A program made the translations under genes and the position numbers. DNA of 64,000 bases from Azolla caroliniana (lineage: Eukaryota; Plantae; Polypodiophyta): assembly GCA_043228905.1 (NCBI GenBank), contig JBHGNT010000014.1, forward strand, positions 4,836,001-4,900,000, given 5' to 3'. The notes beneath the pieces were generated by a model. That model made no database searches. It was not told where the DNA came from and worked only from the letters and a program-made list of their open reading frames with translations. This document shows, piece after piece, positions 33,759 through 48,700 of the stretch. Numbering within the stretch: the first letter of the stretch is position 1; each line of letters opens with the position of its first letter.

Positions 33759-36700
33759 TTGATAAGCCAATTGTTGAGCAGTTACCGTGGTTTTGGTAGG
33801 AATAAATCTAGCCAATTTTGTTAGTCTATCAACGACAACCCAAATTGCATCATGACCCCTCTATGTACGAGGTAAACTAACAATAAAATCCATCGAGATA
33901 CTTTCCCATTTGTTGTTGGGAATATCTCAGGGATGTAAAAGAACAACAGCTTTAAGTCGTTCCGACTTATTAATCTGACATTGGAAGCATTGAGTTACGT
34001 ATTTATGCACGTCAGAGCGCATCTTAGGCCAAAAAAAAGTACTCGAGATGAGAACGAGTGTGCGTTGTATTCCAGGATGACCAACAGATGGTGCATCTTC
34101 ACATTCATGAAGAATTTTCTGTTTTACGTATGGTAAATCTTGAACACATACCTTTCCACTACAGTAGAGCAAACCATTTGTAAAGTGAAAGGTCGCCTTT
34201 GAGGGTAGGGTGCTAGTATCGGCATCTAAACCAGATTCGGCTTTCGTCCAGTATTTCGAAAAATAATTGTCATCAAGGTATTTCCCTCGAAGGTGATCTA
34301 AAAGATCAGATTTTATTTCCGTGAAGCTAAGCATGTTAACTTCTTTAATGTGACTAAGAGCATCTGCAACAGTGTTCATAGAACCCTTGCGATAGGAAAA
34401 ATCAAAATCTTCCATAAGGTCAGCCCAACGGCCTTTACAACCAACAAGATCTGGTTGGTCACAAAAATACTTCAATGATTGATGGTTTGTTGTAACCACA
34501 AATTTATTTCCATAGAGATAGTGCCTCCATCTTTTAAGTGCATGCATTACCGCAAACAACTCTTTCTCTTGAACCGAATACCGAGATTGAGGAGCATCAA
34601 GCTTCTTACTTTCAAAAGCAATAGGGTGACCGCCTTGATAAAGAACGGCACCAATAACATAATCACTAGCATCGGTTTCGATTGAGAAAGGGTTAAAAGG
34701 GTCCGGTAATAGAAGAGTGGGAGACTAACACACATGCTCTTTGAGTGTCTCAAATGATTTGTCAAGTTGTTCATTCCATGCAATTGGTTTGACAGACTTA
34801 CGTGGATGACCTTTTAAAAGGTCAGTTAATGGCGTAGTCAATTTGGAATAGTTACGAATCGATTTTCGTAAAAATCCAACAAACCCTAAGAATGATCGCG
34901 GTTCACGAATGTTACGAGGAATGGGCCAAATTTTAACCTTTTCAATACGAGAAGGTTCAATTTCAACACCATTTTCCGTAATTAAATGACCTAGGTACAC
35001 AATAGATTTTTGGAAAAAATCACATTTTGAATGTTTTGCATAGAAAGAGTTGTCATGCAACTTTTGCAAAACAAATCGAACATGTTGAACATGATCTTGC
35101 AAGGTATGGCCATATATCAAAATATCATCCAAGAAGACGACAACAAAATCACTGAGTTGATCTCGGAAAACGTCATTCATCGCTTGTTGGAATGTGGTTG
35201 GAGCATTAGTCAACCCGAAAGGCATGACTAAAAACTCATAATGGCCATAACGCGTATGAAAAGTGGTTTTAGGAATATCATCCTCGGCAATGTGAATCTG
35301 ATGATAACATGTTCGTAAGTCAATTTTCGTAAAATATCGAGCCCCATGCAAACGATCAATCAAATCATCGGCACGAGGTAACGGATATGCATTTTTAATT
35401 GTCATTTTATTCAAACGGCGATAATTGATACACATCCACCATGAACCTTCCTTCTTCTTTACTAATAGAACTGGTGCACCCCAAGGTGATTTACTATACC
35501 TAATGTGGCCCATACTCAAGTCGGTAAGGTGGAATGCTCATAGGAGCAGCACCGGGGATGAGTTCAATTTGATGGTCCACATTACGTTTTGGTGGTGAAG
35601 TAAGCGGCAATTCGTTAGGAAACACGTCTTGAAAATCATCTAAAATAGAGTTGAGTAATCGTTGTTCATAATGTGGTAATGGTGTAGTGTCAATATTAAA
35701 ATAATAAAATTGAAGCGCAAGATCAATTACATGCAAATAAATTAATGAACTAGAATACTCACTTAAAGATTTAGAAGACACAAGTGAACGAGAAGGGAGT
35801 TTGGAACATTGAATAAAATGTTTACAATTATTAAGTTCAAATGTGATTGAGTGATTAACCCAATCAATGGACAAAGAAGGGTTTTTATTAAAAAACCAAG
35901 GGTATCCTAAAATGTCTCTGCGGATTGTAGTTTCATAACATGAAAGTCTAGCTTCCCCAAATAGGTATCCATTTGAATTGACAGTTGACAAACAATGCCA
36001 CTGATGTATTGAACGCTTCCATTTTTCATGTGAACTTGATAGATATGATCGCTTGTGTTTATGTAGAATTCCATTTGCTGCACAAAGTGATCATTAAGAA
36101 AATTGTGAGAACTACCAGAATCAAACAAGAAATGTGCTTGTGTTCCATTGATATACTCGACTGCTCGGGGTAAATCATTAGGTCCAAGTAAATGTGAAGG
36201 AAAAGTGCATTCACATGAACTTAAGTGGTTGGTATGAACTTCAACAACATCAAAAGACTCACCTGTGTGACTCGTAGATTTGCCTTGAGGAAGGGTGTTC
36301 ATTGACTTCCTCTCAAGACGACGACAGGTATCCTTTGTGTGGCCTCGCTTCTTGCAATATGCATAGAAGAGGTTAGGTTTCTTGGAGTCACGATCAAGAG
36401 TGTCATTGGATTGCTTACGTTTCCTAATGAACTTGGCATTTGGAGTTTTGGCGAACTTAGGTTTATTGTGGTCTTTCTTGGAAGTCCTATGGTACTGAAG
36501 TACAATGTTGACGGCTTCCTCAAAAGTTGTGGGGTCCTTGTCATGGACAATCCAATGGTAATCCCCATTAGGAATACCATACAAAAAGCAGGCAACAAAC
36601 CATTCACCGTAAGTCCCGATTTTTGGATCTGGGTCCGGGCATGATGCACATAATCCTCAAGAGAGGTAAATGGCTTACTCGACAACGTGAGCAAGTGTTG

Positions 36701-39700
36701 CGCTTGTTCAGTTTGAGAAGGTGGCTGCAAAAACTGTTTCGAAAGTTATGACACCCACCATTCACATGTTCCCCACTATTCACGCATTTTCGGGGAATGA
36801 TACATACAATATTTTTAGAAAAGTATATATATAATTTTATTTATTTTTCACGCGTGATTTCCCAGTTTATGTGCCAGACGTCTAATCGTTATAAAATAGA
36901 ACAATACACACACATTAATCCTCATTTCTCACTAGTGCGTCTTTTGGTATGACAAAATAGATTCTGTAGTTCATATGTCCCATGTTCAATCATTAGAATG
37001 TTTTATGGTTGTTTTTGGAAAAACAAAAAAAACCGATCTAGGGCAAACCTATTTCAAACTTGGCCAACCTAAGGTCCTGAATAGAAAGAGTTGTCCAATT
37101 CACACGACCCAAACACGGAAGTTGAGAAAACAAATTCTTTTGTTACAAGAACATATATCGCAAACTATGTTACACACGTATCTTAGTGAATCATTCGATT
37201 TTTTCCAAATAGTTTCACACACATATGGTGATATCCTATTCAAATTCGTTCAGTCTATCTTACATGTTTCACAATGTTTCTTGGTCAAAATTCGAGGGTA
37301 AACCTATTTCGCACTTGGCCAGCCTATGGCCGTTGTCATGATGTGGAAAATGCACAAGATGAATTAAGTTAAACTAGGAATATTAAAAATAGGTTGAATG
37401 ATCGATGGAGGGTGTGGTAAGAAAGACATATGGTGAGTTGGAGGTAAGTACAACAAGAAGGTTTACCTCAATTGGTAAGAGCTTGTGCTATGAGTGGGAG
37501 GTCAAAGGTCGAAGATTGACTTGGACCATAGGAGACACACTAAGTAGATAAACATCTAGAACAGTGGACTTTATAATTTCCTTTTTGCTAGCCTCAGGCA
37601 TCAACAAGGAAAAGTAGAGCATACAAGTGAAAAGAAAAAAGCATGGTGTGTGCTAAAATAAAAAAGCACCCAGTAATTTTATTTGTGAGCTCCTCTCTAG
37701 TCATACAAAAGGCTGAATTAATAACAATAATAATGTTAGCCATAAGATTATTCAACAACCTAAACTAAAATAATTAAGTAAAAATAAATAATAATTAAGT
37801 AGATATATAAAATAATATTAGTATGTGACAAATATATGTGTGTATCCTTGCATTATATCAACAATCGATTCAGGGTCATGGTAGAGGAATTAAAGAACCA
37901 AAACCATTTTTGTGGACACTGATTGCATTTCATTTGTGAAATTTCATGTGCGAACAATGCCTCGGGGAGCCGCCGTGAACATTTGAAATAGAGATCAAGT
38001 AAAGGCATTTTATGTCACCCACGTGGTTTTTAAAACACCTTAGTGTTACCATAGTACCCTAATTCTTAAAACTTAATCTCATATGCCTAGAGGGGTACTA
38101 ACATGAGATCATTTCCCAATCATTGTTTGCTAAACATAGTTCAAACACTATCTTTTCTATGAGAATGATTGTCTAATCTTTGCCAATTACATTACAATGG
38201 CTCAAATCAATGACTTGTTCATGAGATCCTCCTAATTGGAGTTGGCACATGCTAGTAAGTCTATTGTTATTCCTATTATGACATATTCATCTTTACTTAG
38301 CTATGTCATACATTTCAACCTAGTCATATTTTCTACATTTTAAACATGAAATGGAACTCGTTAGTTTCACTTGACTCGTATGTGTATAGCAACCACTTAC
38401 TAGGAAAACTACATGGTGATCCTTGTAAGAGAGATAAGACAGAAGAACCAAAGAAGCTTTTAGAATTTGGCTTTGTTAGATGCGGGTCTCATTCCAAGCT
38501 CCATCCAAAACTACTTGTTTACTACATTGCATTCAAACATTTCATTGGGAAACACAACACCAATGAATTCTTTTAAATGACTTGAAACGATTTAGTCGTC
38601 CATGTGCTCCTAAAAAAGAAAGGTTATATTTTAGTGCAATGCCACAAGCTCTTAACAAAAACATCAAGAGTAAAAGGCAATGTCTTTAGACCTTCGTCCA
38701 ATCTTGGATTCATGAGGTTAATATTGAATATCTAAGTAACATCCCAATCTTGCCAACCTCATTGAGACTAAATGATTAGCTTCCGTTTTCACTTGCACAT
38801 GATGAAAATGTAAGTTCAAACTCTAACTTCTTGTGATCCAAGATATGCATCAATGCTTAAGGGAAGATGTGATTATTACTAAACTATTGCAACATATTAT
38901 TGATAGTGAACTCATAATTAAATTGATCATGACAACATCTTATTACAATTTATTTTTTAAACAAATCAAGTAAAATTTCACCATTATTATTTCTAAGCAT
39001 ATGCATAAAATTAAGCAAATGACCTTACATTATTTTGGTATGAAATAAAGAAAGACTTACAAATCCTATTTTTGTCGATATCATTGTTTTGTATATTGAT
39101 TTCGACCTCAAAAAAAAGGTCAATAGAATGAACCACTTATACGGACGCACATGTAAATTTATTCCATTTCATATTTTCATGTTCCTCAATTTAACAATGA
39201 AATTCTGATACCACTATAATACCATCTAGATCAACTTTAAAAAACAAGGGCACAACTTATTATGAAGTTTCAAATCGACCTTAATCATTATCCGCAACTT
39301 TCTTCCACACGCATATCCCTTTAGTGAGAAAATTGGTGATGCGCCTTACTTCACATCCCCTTATTAACTTGATCAAACACTTTACAAAAGCATGTAATAT
39401 TTTATTAAACATTCAAATGACACTTGAAGCTTTTGACTCAGATTTGACTCACCAACAAGACTCTTAATTGAGCACCCACAAATAATAGCACACTCAGTAA
39501 GGTCAACATATTTTCTCACATGATTCTTTGGCATTCTCATCATTGCAATGATGAAACCCAGGTCTCTACATCACAATTCCCGACTATATGATCAAAGCTA
39601 TAGGCCAATTGGCCCTGTTCATTAGTTGTCAAAAAACAACTTGTCTCAAAAACCAGCAATCGAAGATTTTCATGTATCCCTACATTACAACCTTTTTGAA

Positions 39701-39730
39701 CAAAGCATGAATTGCTATATGATACAGTTA

Positions 39731-42700
39731 TCATTGATCTTCAGCACTAGGAGGTTGAGACCCGATTCCACTTTGTGTATCCCCTAGTTTAGCATCTTGG
39801 TCTCCTCGAGCTTCAAAGAAAGCAAAATAAAATAGAATCAGGAGTTATATGATTGAAATGCCTTTAATACAAATTTTGGAATTTCTAATTGCTGTAGTTA
39901 TCACCTCCAGGATTTGCTGATGAAGGGCTGCCTCGTCCTCGCACTCCAAGTCCCCTCTGAAAAATAGTAAACTTTCAAACTCATTGATACATGATGCTAC
40001 AGAAAATGAATATAAACAGCTTCAACTTAAACAGAATTTGACTTACAACCCACATAACATAGTGTTCAGATCTGATTGAAATCAGAATTGTGGATTAACC
40101 GACCTTAGTTGACCGAGTGTTGCGTCTTGCTGCCCCTGGTGAGGGAGGCAGGGTGCCACCCAGTCTTCTGCCTATCTGCCTTTCAGGCACCGAAACTGTT
40201 ACACCCCGTCTAACTTGCTGTAGAGGCACAGCTACATTCACATTCTCACTAGTCTCAGAAGCGTTGGGATGCTTCTCTTGGGGGTCACTTCTTGTCGTTG
40301 CTGTTTTGTCTTCAGGCTGGGTCTCATCATGCTGCTGTGCATCTTTATCAACAGCATCAAGAGTGAGAGTACTGGATTCATCAGCAATATCCCCTGAGAC
40401 CTGATGAGGAATCTCCATTAAATGATCTTCCTTCTCATCAGGATCAATCTCACCATCCTCAATATCAACGCCACTATCATTAGATGGTCCTTCAGGGATG
40501 CCTTGCTCTGAGGTTTTTTCGATTACTTCTAATTCTGAACAGGGTGGAGTGCCCCTTGAATCCACCAACAAATCGGTTGTGTCATTCAAGTCAATGATCA
40601 AGCTTTCGTTTCCTTCAATCTCAGGAGCAAATAACTTATCCTGAGACGATACAGTTATATTGTCAGCAATATCTATAGCTTCCATATTTTCGTTTCTCTC
40701 AGGGGATGGTTGCGTGAGAGTATGAAAGTGTGCGTCTGTCGGAAGAAATTCACTGGTTTCTGTTGCTACCACAATTTCTGATGATGGTTCAGCCACAGCT
40801 GCAGCACCCTTTTCCTCATCAATTCCAACCAAAACATCATCCCTTTGGGCCACTGCAGGATGAGGTGAAAATGTACCTGGTCTTACAATTCGAGGACGTT
40901 TCGGTGCGGTCAGTTCATTTCGCAGAGTTGGCTGAGCTTCTTGATTGTTCTCAATGCCATCAATTATCTGCGGAATTTCTGGGCTAATTGTGTTTGAATC
41001 ATTGTTTTCAACAACTGTAACAACCATTGTAGTATGCTCTACATCCATCTCACCTATCCTCGGTTCTGAAACAATGAGGGTTTCAGTTACAGACTGGACA
41101 GCTTCAGACTCTGCAACAGACCTCAGGTCGACGCCTTTTTGCTTTTTATTTGCAAAGATGGAATCCTCAGCTGGGCCTTGAGCCTGTGATGATGACCGCT
41201 TCCGAGCACCAGTCAAATCTTCCATCAAACTGATAGTAGGAGCAACAATTATTGCTGATGATGTGCTGACAACCTCAGCAATTTCCGCGACAACAGATGA
41301 TTCAAACTTTGAGTCATCTCGCATTTCAGTTTCAACCTCAGGCAATTCGGTTGTGATGTCGACTCCTGATTCACTAGCCTCAGGTAGTATTTGTGGTTCA
41401 ACCGGCGATTCAATCTTTGGTCGGACTATCCTACGGCCAGTCTTCTTAGCTTGAACATTCTGAATGACTTGCAAATATTTCAGCATCAACAAAATGTGAT
41501 AAAAAACAAAATTACAATTTCAAAATTTACCTCTGAATTCTCTTTTTCACGCCTAATCGCATTCAGTTCTTCTAACTTCTGTTTCTCCTGTAATAATTAA
41601 AACATCATTTATACATCTATAAATTTATTAAACTTTCAAATCAGTAAAACAGACATGATATTGTAGTTCTCACCTCTGATATTTCTTTTTCTCTCTTAAC
41701 TTCTTCAAGCAATCTTTGCTTCTCCTATAATTTCCTTAGCATATTTAGAAAGAAAATCCACAAAAAAACTAGAAAATCCTTAGCATATTTAGCATATTTC
41801 TCTTTGAAGCATGAAAATCTAACCTCTGATGTCTCATTTTCACGTTTTAGTGTACTAAGCTCTTCTAGAAGAATTTTCTTCTCCTGAAACCAATATAATT
41901 GCAACATTACATAATACAACTAGAAAAATTAATATTCACTACAACACATGAGACAAGACTATTGAACACAGACCTGATCCTGCTTCTGAGCAAAATCATA
42001 GTAGGTCTTTTGGTCCCGTAGCCTCCTTTGTTTTTCCTTTTTATGTTCATCTTTCTCCTTCTTCAGATCCTCTCGTTCTCTTTCAAGTGTTCTCTCCAAT
42101 GTCTGATAGTAAAAGACCAGCAGCACCAAATCATTACAATATAATCAGAGGCAGAAGTTATTATGAAAAGGGATGCTTACTTGTATTCTCGTTTCCTTCT
42201 CTTTCAGCAGATTTTCATTTTCTTTCAGAGCTTGGTCATGTAGATTAGCCAATTCTTGGCGAACTTGAGCAACCACTTCTTGGCGTACTTGAGCAGCCAC
42301 TTCTTGGCGAATCTGGGCCTCTGTTCGATGAGACTCTCCAGTTCCTCTTTTTGCTGTACACATACAACAATAATGGCATCTCTGCCTTAGTTCAGTGCAC
42401 AAAACAAAAAAACTCAAACTTAGGACGTGTATTAGAACTACTTATCACAATATTTGACATTATTCCTAAATATTATACAATTATCACAATATTTGACATT
42501 ATCAACCATGATGTATGACAAACAAAATTCATTTCCTTGTGCATGTGCTTCTATTCATAAATGCCATGTGCTTCTAGAACAGAGAGATGGGAATCGTAGA
42601 GAGTAGTTTGGGAATCTTGAAAACATGGTTACTTTTGAGAATTTTGAGCAAAACACTTGTATTCTGGTATACTTCCTCTGAAATTCAATTTTATTTAAAG

Positions 42701-45700
42701 AACATATTCAAATTAGTTGCTAAGTTATAATTACACATGCAAAAGCAAAATATATAGAGACAGAACGATACTTGAGTTTGCTTTCATCTCCTCAAGTTGC
42801 TTAATGGCATCATCTTTCTCTTTCATAATTGTTTCTATTTTGCGCTGCAAGAATATATTTCTTTGATCCACTGCTGTAATTGAAATTTCAGAAGGAAAAT
42901 TTGAAGAAGAGACATGGTATATACCTTCTGAATGAAAAATTGTCTCTTTAGTTTATCAGTTTCAGCCTTCATAGATGCCTATGCAACAGCAAAGGAAGCT
43001 CAATCTTAGCAACAGTAAAGGCAACAATAAAGAATGTGAATTTGCTGAAATGCCATATTTAAATTTATTGATGCTAATAATATATGATTACATATTAAAT
43101 TTGCTGAGATATTAATTAAGGGATTACATTCACAAGAGATAACGAACGGATTAAGGTGGAAATTTTGGATCAAGAAGACGTTCATGGTTAAGGTACATTC
43201 ATAAAATCATGACTATTGTGAGGTTAATTAATTCCAAGGGATTTAATTAGGATTTAGAGAAACTAGACTAATTATTTTGAGTTCTTGAGATTAATTTTTC
43301 AAGCTCTTGCAAATAATTATTTCAAGATCCCACAATGTAGTTATCTTCTAAATCTAATCAAGTGTGGTATTAGGATATTACTTTGTTAGGTATGAAACTT
43401 TTGATGTACCTTACTCATATAACTTTTAAATGTCTGAAATATTTGGGCATATATGATTATATCTAAAAATTCCATAAGAAATCTCCTGCCAAAAAATATT
43501 GAAAGCATAGAAATGGAATTATTGATCCATCTAACCTCAACATCTTTTAACTGCTTTTCAAGCCCAGCAATTTTCTCATGTTTGGAGGAGATTTCCTGTT
43601 CTGAGTGACGCATGCCCTCCTGCAGTTTCTCGAGCTCTCTTCTGCTTGCATCTAGCTTCTCCAACTCCCTTTTGGCTGCTTCTAATTCAGATTGATGTAA
43701 CCTCAAAGTTTCCTGTAGACATTTGCAACAGTGCATGTTCATATTCACAAAGAATTTTGTACAACTTAATGATGTAGGCAAAATTCCAAAAGTAGATCGT
43801 AGATGAACCTGGGAGGATGTCAGCTCTAATTGTATGCGATTATAGTCATCCACATCAAAAGATTTGTATTTTTGATGTAGCTGTCAAGAGAATGACAGTT
43901 ATAAACCAAACTTCAAAAGACAGAAAGAAACATTATGTTAATTGATTATACCTGAGAAACTCTGTTCTCCCACCTAGCGACCTCTGCCTTCTGCAAATCA
44001 ACATCCTTAAAAGTTGCCTCGAGCTCCACTTCCCGCTCTCTTAGTAACTTCCTTAGTGACTCCACCTCTGATTGTTCCTTTTGCAACTTCTCACGTAAAC
44101 TCTGAATTCAATCAAATGCATTTAAACTTTTGCAAAGCAGCTTTTTCCACAAAAGGATATTGGATACACAAGAAGCAAGCAGGGAAATCTCCACTTCCTT
44201 TTTGGTGGGCACACACTCCACTTATATAGAGGCCCAAATGGGCTATTACACATGTGCACATGGCACCTAATTGTTAAACATGGCGGCCGCATGGGCTACG
44301 GCCATGGCCACTCCACACTATATATAAAGAAGTTATTCCCTGACATGCATTGATCAATTCAGACATATAATTAAGGAATGAAAAGAAAGGTATTGTGCCA
44401 AACTTATATACCTGGCATTCCTCAAAGTTTCTTTTGTTTTCCATTCTGAGTTGCTCATTGCTTTCCCTCAGTAGTCTCATCTCTCTTACCTACATTTTGG
44501 GGCACAGTTTATACTATTTATGAAATATACCATAATTTAAACTCAAGGATCCCGAAGAATAATCAAAGCCTTACTTGGGCTTGTAGGGATTTGAACTCTT
44601 CGTCAGAACAAAGGGCAACTCGAGCACTCTCACGTTCACGACGAAGAGTCGCTTGAGCATCATCGGCTGCATGCAGTGCTGCTTCAAGCTGAAATGATAT
44701 TGAACACATGAGCAATTAAAACACAGGACATCATGAACCTAAACTTATGCAGTGTGCACCAATCAACTTTTCTTACATGACCTATCAAGTCAGCAGAAAA
44801 AATCTATGCTTTTTGGCCCACCTGTTTCTGAAATCGAGTTCGCTCTTGCTTCAAAAGTGATATCTCCATATCTGACTGATAACACCAAGACAATTTCGGA
44901 AGACAAAATAGTATTCCATTATTATTTCATAGCCATTATTTGTAGCAAAAGCAAGCCAGTATGATACTTACAGTTTCTTTAGATCGACGCAGATAGCGAA
45001 TTATATCATGTAGATCATTTTCTGTATGGTCAATGCTTTTATGTGTATCGCCAGTCATCTCATATTCTGCTGATCTTGTATGTGTAGCTTCAGCGCGGTC
45101 CAGCAAGATCCGATTCTATGAATAGCATTACCTTATTATTACAAGGCTCTAAACCATCCATCAGAAGCTTCTGATTTAAACAACCATTATACCTGCTCCT
45201 CCACTTCCCTTAATTTGCTTGTCAGGCTTTCTTTCTCTGAAAGTAATGACTCTTTCTCCATCTCCCAGGAAACACTTGATGATTCCTATCATCAGATATC
45301 AGTGATATCCCAATTAGAAAGAAAAAAAGAACATAATTATGCCTTTATGCCCCCAAGAAATGATCATACAAGTTCAGACATGGAGATAGTCAATTTTGAC
45401 CGCAAATCTGCAACTTCTTTCTCTAGTTTTTCATTGTGTTGAGATGTTACAGTCAATTCACGTATAGTATCTGCTTGGAGAAGAACCTAAAATAAAAAAA
45501 ACAAATTTCCTCCACATGTTCAGTTGATAAATATAAGAACATAGAAAACAAACAAGAATTCCTTAATAAACATCTGATTAGGAACGATGATATTACGTGC
45601 ACCTTAATCTATATCAGTGAACATTGTTTTAAGAAGGCTTTATTTATCACAAGAAATGTTCCTTTCCTACGACCTTAGATACTTGAAGGTACTTCATGCA

Positions 45701-48700
45701 TTGATTTTGGATTTAAAATTCATGCCAGACTATAATGCATATTATTGGAAAAGGCAAAAGTGTTTTTATAAGCATTGGCAATTTTGTCTTGAGAGGTATC
45801 CAGAGATTTTTCCAGTATAATAAACCATGCTTTATAGATTTTAGAAATATTTATCGACCTGCCGTTCATAGTTAGTTTGTGCAGCACGCCAAAGCTGATG
45901 TTGCTTCTCCAGCTCATTTTTCAGTGTTTTGATGCGCTCCTCTGCCTGTTCTAGTAAGATGCTGTTTGGAATGCAAAAGAAGACATTGTTGATAAAATGC
46001 CCAAGAACATCAGAAAATATTACATATTACAATTACAAGAACTTAATTTGTTGGGATTGAAGGGAAAGAAAGGATTGAAGCATTGAATGGAATCCTACCG
46101 TTTCCCAGAATCTGATTCACGAAGCAAAGCAAGATCTTTCTGAGCTGTGCTTAAAGCTGACTCCTTGTTTGTTTCAGCTTCCAGCAACTCATTTTCTTTG
46201 GTCATGAGCAATTTTTCTAAATCAATTACCTTATTCCTATAAGATGATAGTTCAGCTTCAAGAGATTCTTTCATTTTCTCTGCCTGCAAATAAAGTGCAT
46301 TTATATGTGAAAATCTATCCCAAGATACATTACAATAGATAAACACATGTGTGGTGAGTCTTAAAAGCATTACTTCTTCTTTGTATCGATTGTGCGCATC
46401 CTCCACTCGAAGGAGAGCTTCCTCATTTGCTTGAGCTAGCTTTTTGTACTAAAGAAATTCAAAACAAATTTAAAACTGTGTAAAACAACAAAAATAGTCC
46501 TTGACACTGTAAACATAGGCCAGTAATTCCAAAACCTGATCCGTGTGGCTCTTGGAAGCATCCAATTCTTCTTTTAGATGCTCAACCTCTTCCCTTGTCT
46601 GCCCCAACAGAGTCAAAACCTACAAAACAATTTCATATTCATAAAATACGCTTTCAGGAACAGAGAGAACATAATGTTCATGCTTAGATCACACATACTT
46701 CTGTATCTGTCTCCAATTCACCCTCCTTCACATCCTTCCCTGTTTCTTTCCTGGCTGACATAATATTCACCTGAAAATGACCAGTTAAATCAATTCAGGA
46801 ATTTGAAGTATTCCATCAAGATCTCAGGATTGCACAATCTACCTTTTCTTCAGTTCTTTTCAAGTTTGCCTCCAATTCGATACACCGATTCTGTAGCACC
46901 AATACAAACGTTAATGGAGATAAAAACTGACAGCATCACAAATCACAATCTTTTCAGATTTGTAAGCATTTGAAATAGAAATTTTCAGGAGTTGCTTGGG
47001 CCAAACTGTGTTGACGAACATTGAAAATCCATTTGAATTGGATTTCTTGACATCTTATATATGGATTACATTGCACAACAGACTTGTTTCATAGTCTCAA
47101 TCAACCAGATTACAAATCAGAAAGTTCAATCTCTTCATTCTAAATGCAATCTTTAACATAAAAAAAACTCATTTCGTGATTGTATCCATTTTGAATTCAG
47201 AACTAATCATTATCATGAACATTACCTCAGCAATAAGTGATCGAGCCTCAAACATTGAAGCCTTATTCAGTGCATCTGTAAGTTCTTTAGCTAATGATTC
47301 GATCCGATCCATTGTCTGATTAACAGACATATCACGTTCATTCATAAGGTGTCGAACATGAGTTCGCTCAGAGTCAAGTTCATGCTTCATTTCCACCCAT
47401 TCTTTCTGCAAAAGAAATTATGTATGCTTAATGAAAAGTTTCGTTATCGTTCATAAGGTGTTGAACATGGGCTTGTAATGAGTCAATTCATGTATCATTT
47501 CAACTCATTCTTTTTGGAAAAGATTATCATTTTTTAGAGGAAATTGACATGTTGAGGTTGAAGTGTCAAACATGAACTTGCTAACATTCAAGTTCATGTT
47601 TCATTTCTACCCATTCTTTCTGCAAAAGATAATCAATTTTAAATAAAATTGTCATGTTGAGATCAAGCAAATATAATATAAACACAAAGAAAGAAGAAAG
47701 GCAGAAAGATATAATAACGTCTTTTAAGAGGCCAAACAAGAGGTTACATCTTAAGAGAAGAGAAGAGAATATATTCCATTTGTTTATGGTAGGAGCAAAA
47801 ACTGAGTCTGATTTTACCAATATACAAACCAACCACCACAGTCAAAAGACAAAACATGTTTAAGGGAATAATGAGTAAACATGCAAATATATGAATATAT
47901 GCTCTGGAGTGCCAACTCAAGAAGTGCAAGATATAATCAATTTTTCTAATTTTTATCAATGGACTATCACAAATACATGCATCAAATAGTTAATCAAACC
48001 TGCATGCGGTTGACTTCATCTTCAAGTTTTTTCTTCTCAGCAGCTCTCATAGTCTATAAACAAGCAATGAAAAGCAAGACATCAATGTCCGTTTAAATTA
48101 AACAGATGTTCTAGTGTATTCAGTTAAATGCAAAAGAATACTAACCCCGTGAGCTTCCTCCACGGTGTGAATATTGTCCAGGGTTGCCTTTAAAATGTAG
48201 AAGAAATACATTATTTGTCAAATCACTAAAGTTTATAACTACATAGGAATGCACAAGTATGCTTCTACCTGAAGTCTATGTACTCGATCAGACAAAGATG
48301 AAAGCTCTTGGGATGCCCTCTTTTCAGCATTAGAAATTAGCTCTTTTTCTCGTTCTAATACATTTACCTGTTCCAAAAATAAAAAACGCATTAATCCACC
48401 CTGCACCATCTGTTGCAGCCTATATTCTGAGATTATTGAGATGGAGTGCAATCGACAACATTCAATGCAGTGTTTAAAGGCAGTCTGTTGCTCAACACCT
48501 CAACTGAGAGTCTACGACAATTCTCTTCCACTGATTGCACATACTCCCCATTTTCTCTAAGCCTTCGCTGATAGTCTGTTATGATCTGGGAGAATTCCAC
48601 ATTTCTGGCTAAAACTGCATCCATTTCTTTCCTCTGTAAAGAAGTATGCATATTTAATAAGCATCCTCTCAATTAACCACCTTTTCTCAATCAATATTAA

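Larger units (their letters stand above)
31176..36765 (-). mobile_element. Decayed chromovirus (Ty3/Gypsy with chromodomain), partial 3' LTR, no 5' LTR seen
   Basis: Gag knuckle YAYCKKRGHTKDTC, PR LFDSGSSHNF, RT FLDDILI, RH, IN IVSDRD..DGQTERVN, chromodomain PKRILNSR..FKIKWMDKPIDDATWE (31337-31894). PPT gtaggggagta, then LTR TGTTATG at 31329. Confidence 0.88.

Noticed and set aside
37334-38934. Possible 1.6-kb solo LTR bounded by TGTCATGAT..ATCATGACA
   Set aside because: No TSD was found, a 9-bp inverted match can occur by chance, and the interior looks like mixed decayed sequence. Not supportable as a feature.
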